64,000 bases of DNA from a virus (Duplodnaviria; Caudoviricetes), in the IMG/VR virus record IMGVR_UViG_3300028242_000036, positions 1-64,000 of that record, one strand, 5' to 3'. Below, one piece after another: positions 59,793 to 64,000 of this stretch. The position numbers and the translations under genes are program-made. Every line of letters begins with the position of its first letter. Positions within the stretch are counted from its first letter, which is position 1. The notes below the pieces were generated by a model. It had not been told where the DNA came from and made no database searches. It saw only the letters and a program-made list of their open reading frames with translations.

Positions 59793-60134
59793 TCATTCTT
59801 CTAATTCATCTTTGAATTTTATTGTACCCCATCCACATTCAATAGGAATTACCTTGTCACCCATAACATTGCAAATTGCTTTCATATAAAGAGCATCACA
59901 ATTATATAAGCAGGTTTCTTCATTATCGTCTGTGGTAATGTTGTATTCTTCGATTGCCCAAGGCAAAAGCTTAATTACTTCTGATTCAATTTCATCAAAA
60001 ACATTTTTGTTTTCAGTAATATAATTGTAAAGAGCATCACTGATTTCACTTTCATACATATTCTCAATCTTATCAATTAGGTCAACAATAGTTTTAAGTT
60101 GCTCATTGGTGTAACTGTTAATATTAAGTTTCAT
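59793..60134 (-). CDS. Hypothetical protein
   Basis: ORF track. Confidence 0.5.
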   Translation of the reverse strand: MKLNINSYTNEQLKTIVDLIDKIENMYESEISDALYNYITENKNVFDEIESEVIKLLPWAIEEYNITTDDNEETCLYNCDALYMKAICNVMGDKVIPIECGWGTIKFKDELEE

Positions 60135-60271
60135 ATTTAATCTCCCCTTTAAAATTTGATTTGTTTTGTAACCTCTGTTTGATTACACCTATATATTACC
60201 ATAAATCTTTTACATTGTCAATATAATAATTGCACAAATATTATTTTATTTATTTGTAGAATATGTACAAA

Positions 60272-60588
60272 TCACTCCATTATTTTGACAATCTTCATTC
60301 TTTGTGCAAGTATCCAGCACCACCTTGGCTTTCGGGTCTGTCATAAGATGCCCAATCTTCTACCTCACACTCTACCCACACTCTTTTCTCGCCGTTTGCT
60401 AACTGTGTTTTTAAGTGTGGAGCAATGGGTTGAAAACAACAATGCCAACCTTGTCTAACTGCAAATCCTTTTGTCGGGTGACACTCTGCATCCATCCACT
60501 CACCAATCGGTGTCGGTACAGTTTTGTTAATAAACAATGGATAAAGATTTCCGTCTTTCTTCATTCTTAATAATTTGTAAGCAGTCAT
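60272..60588 (-). pseudogene. Conserved phage protein with apparent 1-nt frameshift near its C-terminus
   Basis: After RPESQGG the shifted frame reads WILAQRMKIVKIME-stop. Confidence 0.5.
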
Positions 60589-60753
60589 AATGTTTACCTC
60601 TCTTAATATTATTTTGTTTTCTTGGTTTGTGCCTCTATTATATCACAAATATTCATATTGTCAATACAATTTTCATAAAAATAATGCACAAATAAATACT
60701 TGTTTTATTGTGCAATTCTACCAAATATACTACCGTGGTGGTATAAAGACTAA

Positions 60754-60883
60754 TATTTTACCGTTGTAATTATTTTACCATTTATAATATTTTACCGTTT
60801 ATAAATTATTATTTTACCGTTTATAAATTATTATTTTACCGTTCTCATAATTAACTCATATACCCTATTGATATTTTACCGTT
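60754..60883. repeat. Cluster of 6 TATTTTACCRTT repeats
   Basis: Copies at 60754, 60771, 60788, 60810, 60832 and 60872. Confidence 0.9.
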
Positions 60884-60917
60884 TTAAAATTAAACATATA
60901 AAAAAAGATAGCTGGTA

Positions 60918-62126
60918 TTACCCAACTATCTTAACTCTGCTTATCTCTGTTTGTTTTTCTTCTTTATATTCTGTATGCTTTTTAATTGTTGCCTTAATCT
61001 TTTTAACTTTATCGGTATGCTCAATAAAATTACTTGTTTTCCATATCAATATATCACCATTTACAGTTTCAAATCTGTATATTCTCATCATTCCATAATC
61101 CGTGGGAAAGCTCGTTACACATTCTACTGATGCTATATCAATATCTAATCTTTCGCCAACATTTCCAACATAGCTTTTATTTTCGTTTAAAGCTCGTTTC
61201 TCGGCTCTCTTCTGTTCTCTTAATAATCTGTCTTGCTCTCGTTCAAAAACCTTAAAATAGGCTGAAGGAAGGCTTACAACTAAACCAAAATCTCTGCTCT
61301 CACAATACTTATCTGCAACTGTTGTTTTAAGATTATAGATATATTGACTATTATTATCTGTTTTATCCAACCACTCCAACATCTTGTGCAGTTCAGCTTC
61401 GTTCTCTTTGGTTTCAGCATTATAACCTATCTGCTCCATCTCTTTGAGAATATCTTTTCTATTCATACAACGGTGTGGAAACATAAACTCTGTAACTCTC
61501 TCTGTTGTTGTTTTGATGAATCTATCATTACTTTCCATTGCCATTGTTTTACTAATAAAACCATAATGCTTAATAGTTTCTATTGCATTTAATATAATAT
61601 CCTTAACTGAATAATACTTTTTACTATTCAAAGAATCTACTGCTTCGCCTTGTATAACCTCGTCAAACCAAGATATATATTGTGCTACATTCTCTGCTGA
61701 TAATCCATTTGTAAAAGAATTTAAACAACTCTTTCCCACCTGCTTAAACTCTTTAGTTATTTCGTTATAAATTAAATAAGTATCTTTTCTTAATCTTTTT
61801 GAATTACAATGTTCACATACACTATCGGTTGACCGATATACTTCGGGTATCTCTATATTAGTTTCAAACTGTCTGATAATATTACCTGTGTCTTTATGTT
61901 GAATTGTAGCAACAAAAACCCAATCATTAACCTTTGCTACCCCTTCAACCTCTACAAGATAATATTTAACATTATATTTTCTATCATCTTCTGTTATTTC
62001 TCTAAACTCTTCACCCTTAATCTCAAATAGAAATTCTGTGTTGCCATATTTCTTACATTTATTTTCTATTCTTTTAAGTTTCTTTTTCAATCTTTCCATA
62101 TTACCTTCGTGAATTAAATACTCCAT
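60918..62126 (-). CDS. Conserved hypothetical phage protein (zinc ribbon, C-terminal OB-like domain)
   Basis: CEHCNSKR.R...VGKSCL; YVGNVGER...QTEISRVK. Confidence 0.65.
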   Translation of the reverse strand: MEYLIHEGNMERLKKKLKRIENKCKKYGNTEFLFEIKGEEFREITEDDRKYNVKYYLVEVEGVAKVNDWVFVATIQHKDTGNIIRQFETNIEIPEVYRSTDSVCEHCNSKRLRKDTYLIYNEITKEFKQVGKSCLNSFTNGLSAENVAQYISWFDEVIQGEAVDSLNSKKYYSVKDIILNAIETIKHYGFISKTMAMESNDRFIKTTTERVTEFMFPHRCMNRKDILKEMEQIGYNAETKENEAELHKMLEWLDKTDNNSQYIYNLKTTVADKYCESRDFGLVVSLPSAYFKVFEREQDRLLREQKRAEKRALNENKSYVGNVGERLDIDIASVECVTSFPTDYGMMRIYRFETVNGDILIWKTSNFIEHTDKVKKIKATIKKHTEYKEEKQTEISRVKIVG

Positions 62127-62233
62127 AATTCTAACCCCTTTAAGTTTTATTTATGATGTCATTATAACACTTGTAATATAATTTGTCAAGTATTTCTAAA
62201 TAATTATTTTACAATTTTATTTTATTTCTTTAT

Positions 62234-62365
62234 TATTTTACCGTTATAAATATTTTACCGTTTTAAAATACCCATTTTAATATTTTACCGTTTAATATTC
62301 TGCCATTAATATTATTTTACCGTTTGATATTTTACCATTTCTTTTTCTATTGTTATTTTACCGTT
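62234..62365. repeat. Second cluster of 6 TATTTTACCRTT repeats
   Basis: Copies at 62234, 62251, 62281, 62313, 62328 and 62354. Confidence 0.9.
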
Positions 62366-62410
62366 ACTATTTTAGGGAACAAAAAATAGAGAACAGAATA
62401 AAACTGTTCC

Positions 62411-62815
62411 CTATTTTTTAGACAATTCTTTTGTCCACTTTATTAAATTATAAATATTTCTATCAATAATTTCTTCTTTTTGTTCATCTGTTAGTTTCTT
62501 TATTTTTCTGCCATCAGGTATAATACTTCTAATAATATTATATTTATAATGCTTAATTTTTTTATAGGTATAACTATCATACTGCCATCCTTCGGGTAAC
62601 TCCTCAAACCATTGTTCATTTTTATCCCCTGCAAAATAAATATATGCTTGAATACTTCCGTTGTCTATATGTCCTTCACAACAGAAAATAGTTCTATATC
62701 CCAACAGATTCAATTCTTTTATTGCTGGATATATCTTATTGTCTATTTCTGCATAATCCATACTGTTGCATTTACACTCTTCTTTTTTCTGCCAACACTT
62801 TAAACATACTAACAA
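62411..62815 (-). CDS. Hypothetical protein
   Basis: CLKC; LGYRTIFCCEGH. Confidence 0.6.
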   Translation of the reverse strand: MLVCLKCWQKKEECKCNSMDYAEIDNKIYPAIKELNLLGYRTIFCCEGHIDNGSIQAYIYFAGDKNEQWFEELPEGWQYDSYTYKKIKHYKYNIIRSIIPDGRKIKKLTDEQKEEIIDRNIYNLIKWTKELSKK

Positions 62816-63514
62816 TTACCTCAACCCTCTTTCATATAAATAATCATAATCATAATCACAGTTATAAGATTTATGACCATACTTCCCATACATCTGTTGT
62901 CTTGCTAAATGTAACTCTCCCATTCTTTTTCCCTCACAAAAACTCTGCGGAGCTTCATATACGGTATCACCCTTATAATACTCCGAAGGAAAATTAGATG
63001 CAAATATTTTTCCACCATTTTCACAAGGGATATATTTTAAACTACCGTAATTTTTATTAGCAAACACCTTTCCGTTTTCATATCCCAAGAATACACTATT
63101 ATAGTATTTTGTATCTTCTGTGATACTGTCACTTGATAACAAGATGTTTTCTGTATCTGTTAATCCCTTTTTAACAACTGTGTAATTTCTTTCTGTACCA
63201 TTCATTGCTAAAACTTTTCTGTCGTACTCAAAAGGATGACAATTATCATTGCTTATCTTTCCAATACTTGCAAGTCTTGTATGATAAATCACCCATTTTA
63301 TTCTGTCAATATTATTAAGTATTTCTGCTGATATAACATCGTTAGTGAGCAACACTCCTTTGTCAATCGAATAACTTCCGTCTTTGTAAATAATACAACA
63401 ACCATTGCCGTGTCCTCCCAACTGATTTTCTAAATAATTAAATAACTCTTCCAATCCATACTGTTCTTCAATATGTTTAATTCCTGCCGTATTAATTAAT
63501 GCCAATCTACACAT
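62816..63514 (-). CDS. Class II glutamine amidotransferase (Ntn hydrolase)
   Basis: N-terminal MCRL, GHGNG, HTRLAS, NCHPF, MNG. Confidence 0.85.
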   Translation of the reverse strand: MCRLALINTAGIKHIEEQYGLEELFNYLENQLGGHGNGCCIIYKDGSYSIDKGVLLTNDVISAEILNNIDRIKWVIYHTRLASIGKISNDNCHPFEYDRKVLAMNGTERNYTVVKKGLTDTENILLSSDSITEDTKYYNSVFLGYENGKVFANKNYGSLKYIPCENGGKIFASNFPSEYYKGDTVYEAPQSFCEGKRMGELHLARQQMYGKYGHKSYNCDYDYDYLYERGLR

Positions 63515-63635
63515 TAAACATTCCTCCTTTACATTGTTTCTTGTTGTTCCATTCTTAAATCTTCGTAAAATTCTTTCTGTTCTGCCGTAAGTATATTATT
63601 TTCTTTTTCTGTTGTATTCTCCATAATACTCTCCT

Positions 63636-63980
63636 TTACTTATTTAAAAACTCTGTTATCTGCTTACCTACTTGACAAGCATATTTATTTCTGTCATCGT
63701 AATTATTCTGCTCGTACATTTCTGCACACTTTTCAAGCCACCAAATACAAAGCTCTGTAAATTCACCCTGCAAATATCTATGCTCTCTACTCATAGCTTC
63801 ACAAAATTCTTTCTTACTAAACCTGCCATTGATAGCATCTGTAATTGTTGTTGCTAATTGTTTTGCTTTATCATTTGAGTCTTTTGTTACTTCAAAATAA
63901 ACCACATTTCCCCAACAATCATTTGCTATTAGTCTTACTTTTGTATCGGTTTCTCTGTCAACCATAAAAGCATAAAACAA
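63636..63980 (-). CDS. Hypothetical protein (start uncertain at the window edge)
   Basis: ORF track. Confidence 0.45.
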   Translation of the reverse strand: MFYAFMVDRETDTKVRLIANDCWGNVVYFEVTKDSNDKAKQLATTITDAINGRFSKKEFCEAMSREHRYLQGEFTELCIWWLEKCAEMYEQNNYDDRNKYACQVGKQITEFLNK

Positions 63981-64000
63981 CTTTAAACTATTAAGTTTAT

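Overview
This window is an AT-rich (roughly 30% GC by eye) 64-kb segment of a large temperate phage or prophage, organised like SPbeta and most likely infecting a clostridial Firmicute. Bases 1-7.7 kb (+ strand) hold the end of the tail module and the lysis cassette. Everything after is on the - strand: an intact tyrosine integrase with a possible attP, then nucleotide metabolism (ligase, dUTPase, NrdDG, glutaredoxin, FTR-like, ThyX-like) and replication (DnaE, DnaB, primase, RecD, nuclease). It also encodes GroEL/ES, a DNA-modification cluster, an RNA-repair toolkit, an SroE/SroF-like repressor pair and many small early genes. The main find lies at 46-50.3 kb. A DUF2828 (Ro60/TROVE-like vWA) gene is co-oriented downstream of a tRNA array that is interleaved with 8 copies of a small RNA module. 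Each copy has a covarying terminal stem followed by ACAGCAA (consensus AAG-N6-ACAGCAA...N6-CUUG) but carries different cargo: isolated anticodon stem-loops (Ser-GCU, Ser-UGA, Lys-UUU, possibly Arg-ACG) or circularly permuted tRNA bodies (T arm, closed acceptor stem, D arm). This looks like an expanded, modular Y-RNA-like tRNA-mimic system. All structures were folded by eye and no database search was run.
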